From a virus, in IMG/VR virus record IMGVR_UViG_3300005663_000028, positions 96,001 through 160,000 of that record: a stretch of DNA of 64,000 nt. One strand, written 5' to 3'. Of this stretch, positions 30,246 through 39,785 are shown in pieces. The notes below the pieces were generated by a model, which had not been told where the DNA came from, did no database searches, and saw only the letters and a program-made list of their open reading frames with translations. The stretch's first letter is position 1; each line of letters starts with the position of its first letter. The translations under genes were made by a program, and so were the position numbers.

Positions 30246-30888
30246 TGATTTTTCCTTTCCTTGTTCTTACCGGTGTCGTTAAAGCTTTTTCTATTGTCCA
30301 TTTACGTCTTAATCTCGTAAAAAGTGTACTAGGTTTAATATCAACTTCTTCGGCCCAAGCTGCAATGCATTGTGTTTTCCCAAAACAAGTAATTAAACGA
30401 TTGTTTCGCTTATTTCTCATTTGTTCTTTTTTAGTTGCCCATCGACAGTTGGATTTATAGTATCCTTTATCATTATTAATTCTGTCAATCTGAAGCCCCT
30501 TTGGGGCTTCACCCATATCTTTGAGAAAATTTTCAAATTTTCTCCATCGCTTGCAGACTGTAATTCCTCGACCACCGTAATCTTTCCATTGTTTATTATT
30601 CGGATTATTACATCTTTGAATCATATCCTGCCATATTTGAAAAATACGAGTTACTTTATTTTTTCTTGCGTGTCCGTGTTGAGTAAATCTTTTTATAGAT
30701 TCTTCTTTTCGCCAACATCCACAACTTTGAGTATGACAATTCTTAAGACTCCCAGCCCGTGCAGTAATCTTATTTCCACAATCACATATACATAGCCACT
30801 GAATATTATTGTGTTTATCCTTGCCGTCCACACGAATAATAATCAATCTCCCGAACCTCTTCCCAGTTAAATCAATAAACTTACCCAC
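30238..30888 (-). mobile_element. free-standing HNH-type homing endonuclease gene (copy A)
   Basis: DLTGKRFGRL..WLCICDCG..SCGC..YGGRGITVC..IDRINNDKGY..NCRWAT; GTG start at 30888. Confidence 0.8.
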
Positions 30889-31435
30889 TTTTCCACTCTT
30901 CTCCTTCATCATCCTCATCGTCACAATCATTCTCATTCTCATCCTCATCCTCACCATATTTATCCAACCACATCCCGACTCCTTCCAGGACTCCTTCTCC
31001 TATTATGGAAATACCCATCGCTTGCATGAATAGATTCTCAGAATCATAAATCAGTTTCAGGATAGGTTCGTCGTCAATTACAATGGATGTCAAAGAAAAC
31101 TCGAAAATAAAGTAGATAATTTTTAACACTTCAGATGACAATGATTGTCGAGCAGCCATTTCGTCTAATAGATGGCGTAACGATTTTTGGCAATTATCTT
31201 TGAATTCGATGTCTTGTTGATCGATTTCCAAAAATTCTTCTGCAACAGCCTCAATTACCTTGACAACCTTTCTGGATTCCCAGCGAAGGACATAAACAGT
31301 TGTCATTGCAGACTTCATTTTGATTTTTTCAAATCCCTCAATAATGTCTTTATGTTCCTGATCATTTTCAGGTGCGAGCATTTTGACATTATGTTCTTCA
31401 ACAACCTTCACTTTTCTTCTCCTTAATAATCTCAT
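30881..31435 (-). CDS. hypothetical protein with acidic C-terminus
   Basis: ORF track; EDEDENENDCDDEDDE tail. Confidence 0.6.
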   Translation of the reverse strand: MRLLRRRKVKVVEEHNVKMLAPENDQEHKDIIEGFEKIKMKSAMTTVYVLRWESRKVVKVIEAVAEEFLEIDQQDIEFKDNCQKSLRHLLDEMAARQSLSSEVLKIIYFIFEFSLTSIVIDDEPILKLIYDSENLFMQAMGISIIGEGVLEGVGMWLDKYGEDEDENENDCDDEDDEGEEWKSG

Positions 31436-31865
31436 TACCGTCCACTAACAACGATCACAATCAATCTTTCACACAATCACAATCAATATCCCGATTTAGC
31501 ATAGGAACTCGTCCTGTTCCATGACAGTCCAGACACCTTGTGTTTGGCAATTGACTAAACCAATCGATAAATGACTTAATAGTACCTTGATCCACAATAA
31601 AAAGATACCCACTTAAAAATACCTCAAAATAATCTCTATTATCTTTTAGTGCGGACTGTAATTCATCACAAAAGACCTTGTGTTGTTTAATTGGACGAGT
31701 AAGTGAGTGTATGGGTTCGATATTGGGAGGGTGTGTGATTTCTGTAAGAATACCTTGATCACAATATGTATAAGTTATTGTAGTTTGTCCTGTACTGATC
31801 AACATTGAGTTATTAGAATCTTTTAATAATCTCATTACCGCCCCCTAACAACGATCGCAATCGAT
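31423..31865. repeat. 43-bp imperfect direct repeat (31423-31465, 31823-31865) flanking one gene
   Basis: 39/43 identical, copies 400 bp apart; each spans a DCDRC-stop, spacer and ATG AGA TTA TTA junction. Confidence 0.85.
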
Positions 31866-32102
31866 AGTTTTGGAAACACGTCTATTTTCACCACAAGTAG
31901 CTTGAGCACATGAAGCATCGTTATCTCGAACCCTAACTTTCCCTGTTCCATTACACTTTAAGCAAGTAGCCATTCGGACCATTGCGACACAATTACCACA
32001 CAGATCATAAATGCCAAAAGACACACTGCCCTTATCTTCACTGTTTATACCCTCATTACAAATATCACATTTACGACTTTTCATTTTCTTCCCCTTAAAC
32101 AA
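31461..32102 (-). other. two small CDS with CxxCxGxG zinc fingers (31461-31835, 31845-32102)
   Basis: CLDCHGTG and CLKCNGTG. Confidence 0.65.
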
Positions 32103-33270
32103 AAATTGGAGCTTCCACAGTCTTACCCTTCAAAGGGTGTATTAAGAAAAATGACTGCTGTGGAGTTTCGAAGGCAGCTTTTATGCTAAGACTATATGGT
32201 CCATACCCAATTATCGATCCATTTCCAACAAAGTTTTTGCTAGAAATCCTCTGGTGCCAGTGGCCAAAAACATCCAAGCTTGCCGGTTTGGATTGATTCC
32301 ACTTATCTATTGCTTTATTCAAGGGGATAGTAACTCCCCCTACTCCCCCTGCATATCGTATATAGTTCCCGTGATGAAATCGTATGGTCTGATCATATAC
32401 ATCTAAATAATTGAAATACCCTCTAGACAACTTAAATCGTACCACCTTAGACTGTTCATAGTATGACAGCAAAAAGTTGTAGATTAGCCATTCGAAGTTG
32501 TTTTCAACGCATGTAGATATTCTTATCTTCGGCGTCGTCCGACTATGGTTCCCAACGCTGGTGACAACAGTTATCTCGTCAAAGTCCCCATTTTCTACCA
32601 TATAGTCTATCGCTGATACGCACATCTTGTATACGTCTATAGAAGCTTCTACCGGGGACATAGCATTGCTTTCCATAAGCTCTTCGTGTATGTATCCAGC
32701 GATCATATCTCCACCGAGCCAAAGTACTAATTTTCTAATATTTGACTTAGACCTTGTCATGTCTATCAACTTCAAGCCGTTCTTAAATACTTTGTTGAAT
32801 CGCTCTTTAGCTATCTTTGGATTATATTCATTGAGTCCATCTATGGTTCTCGGATCAACAATCTCTTCGTAGTGTAAATCAGAACACAGGATGACAGCAG
32901 TAGACTCAGAAGGTCTACCATCTGTGACCACCTTTATTTTTTCGTGATCTATTAGATCAAGGTTTCTACTAAATAACTCTATGCTGTTGAGTTGATTCGT
33001 CTGTTGCTCCATCACCCCAAGAAGTTCATCATACTTTTTCTTTAGCAATCTCTTTTCTATTGTCGCTCTCTTCAGTTTCGCATCCAGACCAATCTCTTGT
33101 CCAGCAGACAACTGTGGAGTCCCTGGTACATAACCTTTGTCTAGGGCCTTATTGTAGCGACTACTAAGGGTTTTGCGAGGAATACCCATCACTTTTGCCG
33201 CTTCCGTTACGCTACTGTACTGCGATACAGCATCTATTGCCTCTTGTAATGTTTTGTTTTCACTTTCCAT
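32095..33270 (-). CDS. HTH plus calcineurin-like metallophosphoesterase
   Basis: SVTEAAKVMGIPRKTL HTH; SDLH, GGDMI, GNH, FHHG, GHWH. Confidence 0.85.
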   Translation of the reverse strand: MESENKTLQEAIDAVSQYSSVTEAAKVMGIPRKTLSSRYNKALDKGYVPGTPQLSAGQEIGLDAKLKRATIEKRLLKKKYDELLGVMEQQTNQLNSIELFSRNLDLIDHEKIKVVTDGRPSESTAVILCSDLHYEEIVDPRTIDGLNEYNPKIAKERFNKVFKNGLKLIDMTRSKSNIRKLVLWLGGDMIAGYIHEELMESNAMSPVEASIDVYKMCVSAIDYMVENGDFDEITVVTSVGNHSRTTPKIRISTCVENNFEWLIYNFLLSYYEQSKVVRFKLSRGYFNYLDVYDQTIRFHHGNYIRYAGGVGGVTIPLNKAIDKWNQSKPASLDVFGHWHQRISSKNFVGNGSIIGYGPYSLSIKAAFETPQQSFFLIHPLKGKTVEAPIFV

Positions 33271-33299
33271 AGTTTCTAATCACCTTTCTTCGACGATTT

Positions 33300-35069
33300 C
33301 TAAAGATCACATGTACCACTAGGGCAGTCATCAACTGCCGCCTGTTCTTCCGACTGCTCCAAGTACTTTTTAGCTTCTGACAGCGGGACAGGTGTTAGGG
33401 GAGACTCGCTCCGACTACCGTCCCGATATATGGTAACACCCTTCAACTCACCTATGTATTTTCTGATAGCGAGGGATAGTTGCTCGACAGAAAAGTCTGT
33501 AGAAACATTAATTGTTTTGCTAATCGCCCCGTCAATATGTCTCTGACACACCGCTTGCATTTTCAGATGATCTTCTGGTGAAATATCGTGTGCGTTTTGA
33601 ATGTGCTTAATGGACTTATTTTTCCTGAGAAACTCAGCTAGTAATGGATGAATTATAACTCTTGTTGTTCCATTTCTTTTATCTTTGTTGTGCATGTCTT
33701 TGTGTTTGTTGAATCGTCTCTTATGAACTGCCTGAAACACTGGTTCTATACCCGACGAACAACCAGCGACTAATGAGATAGTCCCGGTCGGCGCGGCCGC
33801 TAGTAAGGCACAATTGCGAATACCATGTTCTTTGATTAGACGATGATGACTGCGAGTAAGATGTTTTTTTGCAAATCCAGTTCTGGTGTGCTTAGTTGCA
33901 TCAAAAGCTTGAAATGACCCCTTCTCTACGGCCAAAGTAATACTAGCATGATAAGCCTGCTTTTTGATAAAGTTCATAACCTTATCCACAACTTCTCTAG
34001 CTTCTTTACTAGAATATTTGAGGCCAAGTTCAATCAACATGTCGTGCAACCCCATGACACCTAAACCAATCCGACGATGTTTTTGTGATGTCTGCTTAAT
34101 GATTTCGAGTGGGTAATTGTTTTGTTCCAATACGTTGTCTAGAAACCTGACTCCAATAGCAACAGTTTCTTCTAGTAAGTCCCAATCTACTTCTCCGTTT
34201 ATTATATGTGTGTGGAGATTAACAGCACCTAAGCAACAACATCCGTATTCTTCCAACGAAACCTCACCACATGGATTAGGAGACGAAACCTCTCCACCAC
34301 TAACATATGATATAGTATTTTGTTCTTGCATGAGGCCCATATTGAGTAAACCAGGGTCTCCACCGTTCCATGCATTTTGAATAATCTTATCCCACAAGTC
34401 TTGAGCAGCAATCTTTCCTCGCTCTTCACCCTGCCACTTAAAGACTACGTCTTCCTTACTATCCAGTAGTTTGAAAAACTCATCATCAACCAGTACAGAA
34501 ATGTTTGCATTAGTCAACTCATTATGGTCTAGCTTAGCTTCAAGAAACTCTGGCAAATCAGGGTGTCTCCAATCAAGACAGTAGAGTAAGGCACTTCTTC
34601 TGCCACCTCCCTCACGTAACTCATTACAGACTGCGTTTATGGCTCGCATAAGACTAACCGCTCCGGTAGCCTCGCCGCCAGTTCCTCGAATGGGAGTACC
34701 TCTTGGACGTATTTTTGAAAAGCTAATTCCAACCCCTCCGCCTGTACCAGATATAATCGTAACCGACCTGAGAACATCTCCCCATCCTTCTCTACTATCC
34801 TCAGCAGGCAAACAAAAACAATTTAATAACATCCCCCTTGGTCGTCCTGCTCCCCTCCATATTCTTCCCCCAGGAGAAAACCGGTTGGTTTGCAAAACAT
34901 CCAAAAATCTATCAAAGTATTCATTTCGTTTAGTACCTAATTCTGCATCAGCTATTGTTCGAGCTACTCGTTCACACGCTTCGGCAAAAGTTTCATCTTT
35001 GTGGATTGCATAACGATCTAGAAAAATTTCTAGAGCATTGCCTTTTGGTTCGTAAACTTCCAGACTCAC
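33300..35069 (-). CDS. nrdJ: class II (B12-dependent) ribonucleotide reductase
   Basis: SPGGRI, NCF, GGGVG, NPCGE, CCLGAVNL, RRIGLGVMG, APTGTIS, ISKTIN, TIYRDGSR; no nrdB nearby. Confidence 0.9.
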   Translation of the reverse strand: MSLEVYEPKGNALEIFLDRYAIHKDETFAEACERVARTIADAELGTKRNEYFDRFLDVLQTNRFSPGGRIWRGAGRPRGMLLNCFCLPAEDSREGWGDVLRSVTIISGTGGGVGISFSKIRPRGTPIRGTGGEATGAVSLMRAINAVCNELREGGGRRSALLYCLDWRHPDLPEFLEAKLDHNELTNANISVLVDDEFFKLLDSKEDVVFKWQGEERGKIAAQDLWDKIIQNAWNGGDPGLLNMGLMQEQNTISYVSGGEVSSPNPCGEVSLEEYGCCCLGAVNLHTHIINGEVDWDLLEETVAIGVRFLDNVLEQNNYPLEIIKQTSQKHRRIGLGVMGLHDMLIELGLKYSSKEAREVVDKVMNFIKKQAYHASITLAVEKGSFQAFDATKHTRTGFAKKHLTRSHHRLIKEHGIRNCALLAAAPTGTISLVAGCSSGIEPVFQAVHKRRFNKHKDMHNKDKRNGTTRVIIHPLLAEFLRKNKSIKHIQNAHDISPEDHLKMQAVCQRHIDGAISKTINVSTDFSVEQLSLAIRKYIGELKGVTIYRDGSRSESPLTPVPLSEAKKYLEQSEEQAAVDDCPSGTCDL

Positions 35070-35722
35070 TAAGCATCTCCCCCTTTTATATGCATCCCCT
35101 GAAACGGACAGGTGAATTTAGGTTGTTCGGTCCCAGGCTGTTTTCTTAGATAAGACAAAACGGCTGAGTAAAATGGTTCTATGTATCTATTATAATACTG
35201 TTTAGAACCTGAATAAGATGCAGAATCTGCAATCCGTACAGCAAACCAATTACCTATGTTGTCTTGCCCCACATCGGCAACAAATTTACGTATTGTTTTT
35301 TCCCGTGCCGCATTGCTTATGTCATACATATGAGTAGAGACTATTCGAGACACTCGATCAATTATGTAGTCAGAAGCGCCCCATGAACTCAAAGTATCTT
35401 CAGCAATATTCGCCGACGCTATGGGGTGTCCAGGAAACCTAGGCAAAGATGGATCATCAACTGGTTGTATATCACATTTCCCAAGATCGTGGAATAAACC
35501 TGCAAGCAAAGCTATGTCTTTATCGTCATGCAAAAGATCGATCACCGCCATTGTGTGTTCCCATACTGACTGGCCGTTTTTTTGATTTACATATTTCGTC
35601 GCTTCGAGTTCTGGAAAATTAATGCTTGGACATATCCAACACATACTTGGCCAATCATTTCGCATTCGCAACAAAATTGTTTTCAGTGATGACGATTTAG
35701 TCATCACACACCACATTTTCAT
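35069..35722 (-). CDS. HD-domain phosphohydrolase resembling the C-terminal part of CCA-adding enzymes
   Basis: FPELEA..Q...VWEHT, LFHDLGK, FPGH, THM; no nucleotidyltransferase head. Confidence 0.75.
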   Translation of the reverse strand: MKMWCVMTKSSSLKTILLRMRNDWPSMCWICPSINFPELEATKYVNQKNGQSVWEHTMAVIDLLHDDKDIALLAGLFHDLGKCDIQPVDDPSLPRFPGHPIASANIAEDTLSSWGASDYIIDRVSRIVSTHMYDISNAAREKTIRKFVADVGQDNIGNWFAVRIADSASYSGSKQYYNRYIEPFYSAVLSYLRKQPGTEQPKFTCPFQGMHIKGGDA

Positions 35723-36524
35723 CGATAAATTGATTCACTATTGTCATAGAAATAGCATAAGATAGGTGGGGAAAAAATTGTCCATTAAAAGCAATGTCAA
35801 CCTTAAATGGAATGCCTATCAAATAATAGTGACCATCGTAGAACTTAAACAAACCACCACCACTGGAGCCTGGGGCTATATGTGCCGTACTAGTGTATAG
35901 GGTGTATTCTTGTCCGTCCTGAATCTTAGTCAATATCTGAGACACAATCCCAAAAGTGGGACTAGGACTATTTCCAAGTTGACAACCAACCGCATATACT
36001 TCATCAAAAACTCTTACGATTTCTAACATTTTTTGGTTGGCTAATTTTACTACGGCAAATTGTTTAGAAGACTCAAACGACAAAAGGGCTAAGTCGCGAT
36101 GAATACTTTCGGCAACGATCCGTGTTTTATGTCGCGTTCTTTCTTTTGTTTGATGGTCAAACGTTAGAACAGAACAACCATAATTAACTTTTACTATTTT
36201 TGGTTTACCCGTTACAACATCTGCTCCAACCACATATTCAGCAATACGATTTGCTATAACGTGTGCGTTAGTTAACACCCTATATTCGAATACCTCTTTT
36301 TCGTCAATATCTAAACGATCAATGATGGTCCCAGACCCATTTCCGAAATGTGTCCCAACGAGAACTACAACATCCCTCATTTCTTTTTGTTTCAAAGTGA
36401 TCGTGTCTACGGACACAACAATCGTTGATTCTGTATTGTGACTACTGTCTACTGTTTCGGGAGCAGAAATCAACATAATTCCTGCAAGTAAACCAATAAT
36501 ATATTGCACTATCTTCAAAAACAT
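35697..36524 (-). CDS. trypsin-like serine protease with N-terminal signal/TM segment
   Basis: LTNAHV (His), DLALL (Asp), PGSSGGG (Ser). Confidence 0.88.
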   Translation of the reverse strand: MFLKIVQYIIGLLAGIMLISAPETVDSSHNTESTIVVSVDTITLKQKEMRDVVVLVGTHFGNGSGTIIDRLDIDEKEVFEYRVLTNAHVIANRIAEYVVGADVVTGKPKIVKVNYGCSVLTFDHQTKERTRHKTRIVAESIHRDLALLSFESSKQFAVVKLANQKMLEIVRVFDEVYAVGCQLGNSPSPTFGIVSQILTKIQDGQEYTLYTSTAHIAPGSSGGGLFKFYDGHYYLIGIPFKVDIAFNGQFFPHLSYAISMTIVNQFIDENVVCDD

Positions 36525-36540
36525 TTTTACTCCCAAAAAT

Positions 36541-36570
36541 ATAAGGGTGGTCCAACTGGACCACCCTTAT
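36541..36570 (-). terminator. intrinsic terminator hairpin
   Basis: perfect 13-bp stem ATAAGGGTGGTCC / GGACCACCCTTAT followed by ATTTTT on the minus strand. Confidence 0.75.
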
Positions 36571-36578
36571 TAATGCGA

Positions 36579-37025
36579 TTAATTCCTAAATTCCTCAACG
36601 GCATCAAGAGCACCATCGATACCTGCGTTGATTAGACCAATAATGAGTTCTTGGTCATCAGTAACGCTAAGATTTGCCCTAACTAAATATCTCTCCAATA
36701 AATCAATAATCGTTAAGCCGTAAATTTGATATTTCTGTGGAAGCTGCATTTTTGCAAGCTGCCGAGCACCAGCAAAATTAGGGGTACCGGGTACAGCCAA
36801 CAAATCTTTTAACGCAATCAAATATCCTTCTACGACTACCACATCCTCAGAAGGAGTATTTGCCTCACTTAAAACAAGTCTCGTAGCCAGTTTAGAAAAG
36901 ACAAAAATATCAGACTTGAGAGTCTGTGCATTATCCTGCCAATTGTTTCCGTTTGTCGTAGAACAACCAGCCATTGGCAAAACCATCGCCACCAACATCA
37001 ACAATACTGCTAAAACACGCTTCAT
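36579..37025 (-). CDS. putative lipoprotein
   Basis: MKR + hydrophobic stretch + lipobox MAGC. Confidence 0.7.
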   Translation of the reverse strand: MKRVLAVLLMLVAMVLPMAGCSTTNGNNWQDNAQTLKSDIFVFSKLATRLVLSEANTPSEDVVVVEGYLIALKDLLAVPGTPNFAGARQLAKMQLPQKYQIYGLTIIDLLERYLVRANLSVTDDQELIIGLINAGIDGALDAVEEFRN

Positions 37026-37069
37026 TATCCATTCTCCTTACACACAAAAACTATAATCCAGTTAAGGGT

Positions 37070-37417
37070 TTATACACCTTCCGACCTACCTCTTTCCAAT
37101 TTTTCTCGTCTCCTTTGTTTAGACACTTGGTTCTCACTTCCCTCATTTTTATTTCTTTCATCCCTATCTTTACCAAATTTTCGTCCCCTCTTTTGTTTTT
37201 GTGATTTGTCACCGTGTATAGTAGCAGTATTAATTCTGTAACATTCTCCACATTCTACATTTCCTGTACCTGTATTAATATGTTTTTTCCTGCATTCACC
37301 TTCACATTTTAACACATGTCCCCCAGAACAGGCACACAAATCAACCCCCAATAATCGTTCTAAACGATTAATTCGTTTTTTAGCTTTGTTGCTCTTGTTT
37401 CTAACCTTTTCGTTCAC
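37070..37417 (-). CDS. hypothetical Cys-containing basic protein
   Basis: ORF track. Confidence 0.5.
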   Translation of the reverse strand: MNEKVRNKSNKAKKRINRLERLLGVDLCACSGGHVLKCEGECRKKHINTGTGNVECGECYRINTATIHGDKSQKQKRGRKFGKDRDERNKNEGSENQVSKQRRREKLERGRSEGV

Positions 37418-37418
37418 A

Positions 37419-37934
37419 CTACTTCTCCAATTCCATCTGATGCCTCTGTCGCATTTTACCTATTGCCCTATCCCTTGTTCGACAAATTGTAGAAGAAACA
37501 CTCCCACAATTTTGTGATATTTCTCTGATAGTTTTATTGTTAAAAAATAATTCTATTATTACATGATGTTCGTCCCTGGTTAAAAAGCTGAGATATTCTT
37601 GCACTGTCATATTCGCATCCATATCGTGGATAGGACTAACAATATTAGCTGTTGAATTTTCAGATACGGATTGTGTGCGACTTGCCCTCTGTTCCACATC
37701 TCGAACATGTCGTAACACACCAAATAGTCTACTATAGAAAAATGTTGTAAACGCCCCTCGCCCATCGTAGCGAATCATACATCTTAGCAACTCCTCTTTC
37801 GCGTGAGACTTTAGATTCTCTATATTCATCCTGTTACGACTAACCCTATAAACTATCCTATGTATTAAAGGTACGTATTTTTTACAAGCGTACATAAAAT
37901 ATGCTTTTGTTATACGGCGTTCCGGTGAAATCAT
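37419..37934 (-). CDS. sigma-70 family RNA polymerase sigma factor
   Basis: YVPLIHRIV..RYDGRGAFTTF (region 2); LTRDEHHVI..NKTIREIS..RAIGKMR (region 4). Confidence 0.8.
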   Translation of the reverse strand: MISPERRITKAYFMYACKKYVPLIHRIVYRVSRNRMNIENLKSHAKEELLRCMIRYDGRGAFTTFFYSRLFGVLRHVRDVEQRASRTQSVSENSTANIVSPIHDMDANMTVQEYLSFLTRDEHHVIIELFFNNKTIREISQNCGSVSSTICRTRDRAIGKMRQRHQMELEK

Positions 37935-38587
37935 TAAATAAAATCTCCGTCAATTTGCTGTTCCATCTTCGGGGTCCAAATACCATCGATTAAACCTATT
38001 TTCATTGCTTGTTTAGGAGACATCCATCCAGTATCTCGCATAAGTTCCTTAAGCTTTTTCGGAGAAAGCTTTGATCTTTTCGCTAAATCGGTTACCTTCT
38101 TGTCATAATCATCCTTCAGATAACCTGTCATTGCTAAGTGCTTCTCAATGGAATCCGCTGGAGCTTGAATTACTATAGAATGTAACATCATTGACGAATT
38201 GGGTGTTGCAAATCTAAACCCTTTTGTTCCATACATGGCAATCATAGCGCCCATAGAATGAGCATATCCACGAACAATAGTATTGATGGGAGCACGACAC
38301 GCTGCCATTTGATCTATAATTGCGTATCCAGAAGACATACACCCTCCTGGACTATTGATGTACATATATATAGGGTCTTTAGATAAAGAAAACACTTGCA
38401 AATAACTACAAGTTTGTAAAGACGTGATTTCATCTATAACACCAGAAATTAGTAGTCGCCGTGTTTTTATTAGGAAATCTTCAACCAACTCATTAAACTC
38501 TACACAAATCGAACCGCCCCCCTCCTGTTCTGGACTATGTGTTTCTTCACAATTACCGTTGCATTTCTTTTTTTTACTAAACTGCAT
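37934..38587 (-). CDS. clpP: ClpP serine protease subunit
   Basis: IYMYINSPGG, AHSMGA (Ser), MMLH (His), RDTGWM..AMKIGLIDGI (Asp). Confidence 0.9.
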   Translation of the reverse strand: MQFSKKKKCNGNCEETHSPEQEGGGSICVEFNELVEDFLIKTRRLLISGVIDEITSLQTCSYLQVFSLSKDPIYMYINSPGGCMSSGYAIIDQMAACRAPINTIVRGYAHSMGAMIAMYGTKGFRFATPNSSMMLHSIVIQAPADSIEKHLAMTGYLKDDYDKKVTDLAKRSKLSPKKLKELMRDTGWMSPKQAMKIGLIDGIWTPKMEQQIDGDFI

Positions 38588-39461
38588 TAATTTCTCCGAA
38601 AGGATGACACCGTTTGTGGAGTAATTTCAATTTTTCTGGACTAGTGACAAGATAAGTCTGTGTTGTCGATAGATGTTTGTGACCCAACAAAACTTGAATA
38701 AGTTCAAGATCAACTCCTCGATCCATAAGTGACGTTGCGCATGATCGTCGCAGTGTATGAGAAGTAGTGTGTTTCACACCAGCACGACGCGAAAGAGATA
38801 GTAACATACCACTAACCGCCCTGCGACTAATCCTCTGGCCATCCCCCTTGACAAAAACAGCATTAGAGGTAGATTTCCGTTCTAAATCTATGTATTCTTT
38901 AATAGCCTCTATGCATCGACTAGTGGTTGGGACGATTCTCTCGCAGAAACCCTTGCCCTTCACCTTCATTTCTCGTCTGGCAAAATTGATGTCGCAGACA
39001 TCAAGACTACATAATTCTGAGACTCGCAGCCCACTGTGATACATAGTCAGTATAATAGCGACATCCCTACGAACGTTAGTTGCTCGCAATACGGGTACAC
39101 GATTTTCCACAGTGGCCACCAGAGCGTCCACAGCCTGAGATTCAAGTACATCAAATGTTCCTTTTTCAATACGAACAGAGTCTGTCATTCCTAGAATGTT
39201 TTTATCCAATTTTCCAAGACTGATGAGGTGGTTACAAAAACAACGAATAGACATGTATTTTCTACGTACACTTGTCGACTTAAGCCCTCGTTGGTGTAGA
39301 CTGCTAACAAATTCTTCAATAAGTTTCGCCGTCAACTGTTTGTTTCCGATAAAACATAGAAATTCTTTCACATCTCTAGTGTACGCTGAAAGTGTTTCCT
39401 GAGATAAACCAAGTTCTGTTAGGATGTATGTTTCAAACCCATCAATTGTTAGGGAAGTCAC
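38577..39461 (-). CDS. XerC/XerD-like tyrosine recombinase
   Basis: SQETLSAYTRD SAM-like domain, GLRVSEL, VKGKG, HTLRRS, LLGH, TQTY. Confidence 0.92.
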   Translation of the reverse strand: MTSLTIDGFETYILTELGLSQETLSAYTRDVKEFLCFIGNKQLTAKLIEEFVSSLHQRGLKSTSVRRKYMSIRCFCNHLISLGKLDKNILGMTDSVRIEKGTFDVLESQAVDALVATVENRVPVLRATNVRRDVAIILTMYHSGLRVSELCSLDVCDINFARREMKVKGKGFCERIVPTTSRCIEAIKEYIDLERKSTSNAVFVKGDGQRISRRAVSGMLLSLSRRAGVKHTTSHTLRRSCATSLMDRGVDLELIQVLLGHKHLSTTQTYLVTSPEKLKLLHKRCHPFGEINAV

Positions 39462-39678
39462 GCTGAAATTCCAATCTCATTTCTTTGGAATTAAAAATGG
39501 CCTGCATATAAGATTCCGGAGAACCGTCTCCCCATTGAAGTCTCGCTTGAGTAGAAATCTCTCTGAAAGAAAAACATATTTTGGATTCTAATCCGCAACA
39601 CTTACCGTCTTGTCCAATATTCTGTGCCTCTGCACAGATATGTGGTCGATCCGGATTTTGTTCACACTCATAACACAT
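39442..39678 (-). CDS. small hypothetical protein
   Basis: MCYECEQ start downstream of promoter copy 4. Confidence 0.5.
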   Translation of the reverse strand: MCYECEQNPDRPHICAEAQNIGQDGKCCGLESKICFSFREISTQARLQWGDGSPESYMQAIFNSKEMRLEFQRDFPNN

Positions 39679-39701
39679 TGTTTCTTTTCCTTTTTTCTTG
39701 C

Positions 39702-39761
39702 GATAACGGGTATTTCCCGTTATCTTATTGTACACCTAACTCGATTTTTTGTCCCAAAAAT
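39702..39761 (-). promoter_or_regulatory. conserved phage promoter copy 4 (GGGACA-N17-TACAAT) with 9-bp hairpin
   Basis: -35 at 39755-39750, -10 at 39732-39727; GATAACGGG-N5-CCCGTTATC at 39702-39724. Confidence 0.78.
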
Positions 39762-39785
39762 GTAAGGAAAACCATGGTTTTTTTC

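Noticed and set aside
19457-35722. 2-aminoadenine (Z) genome cluster
   Set aside because: No PurZ in the window, and the HD protein resembles CCA-enzyme HD domains rather than DatZ. Kept only as a weak hint.
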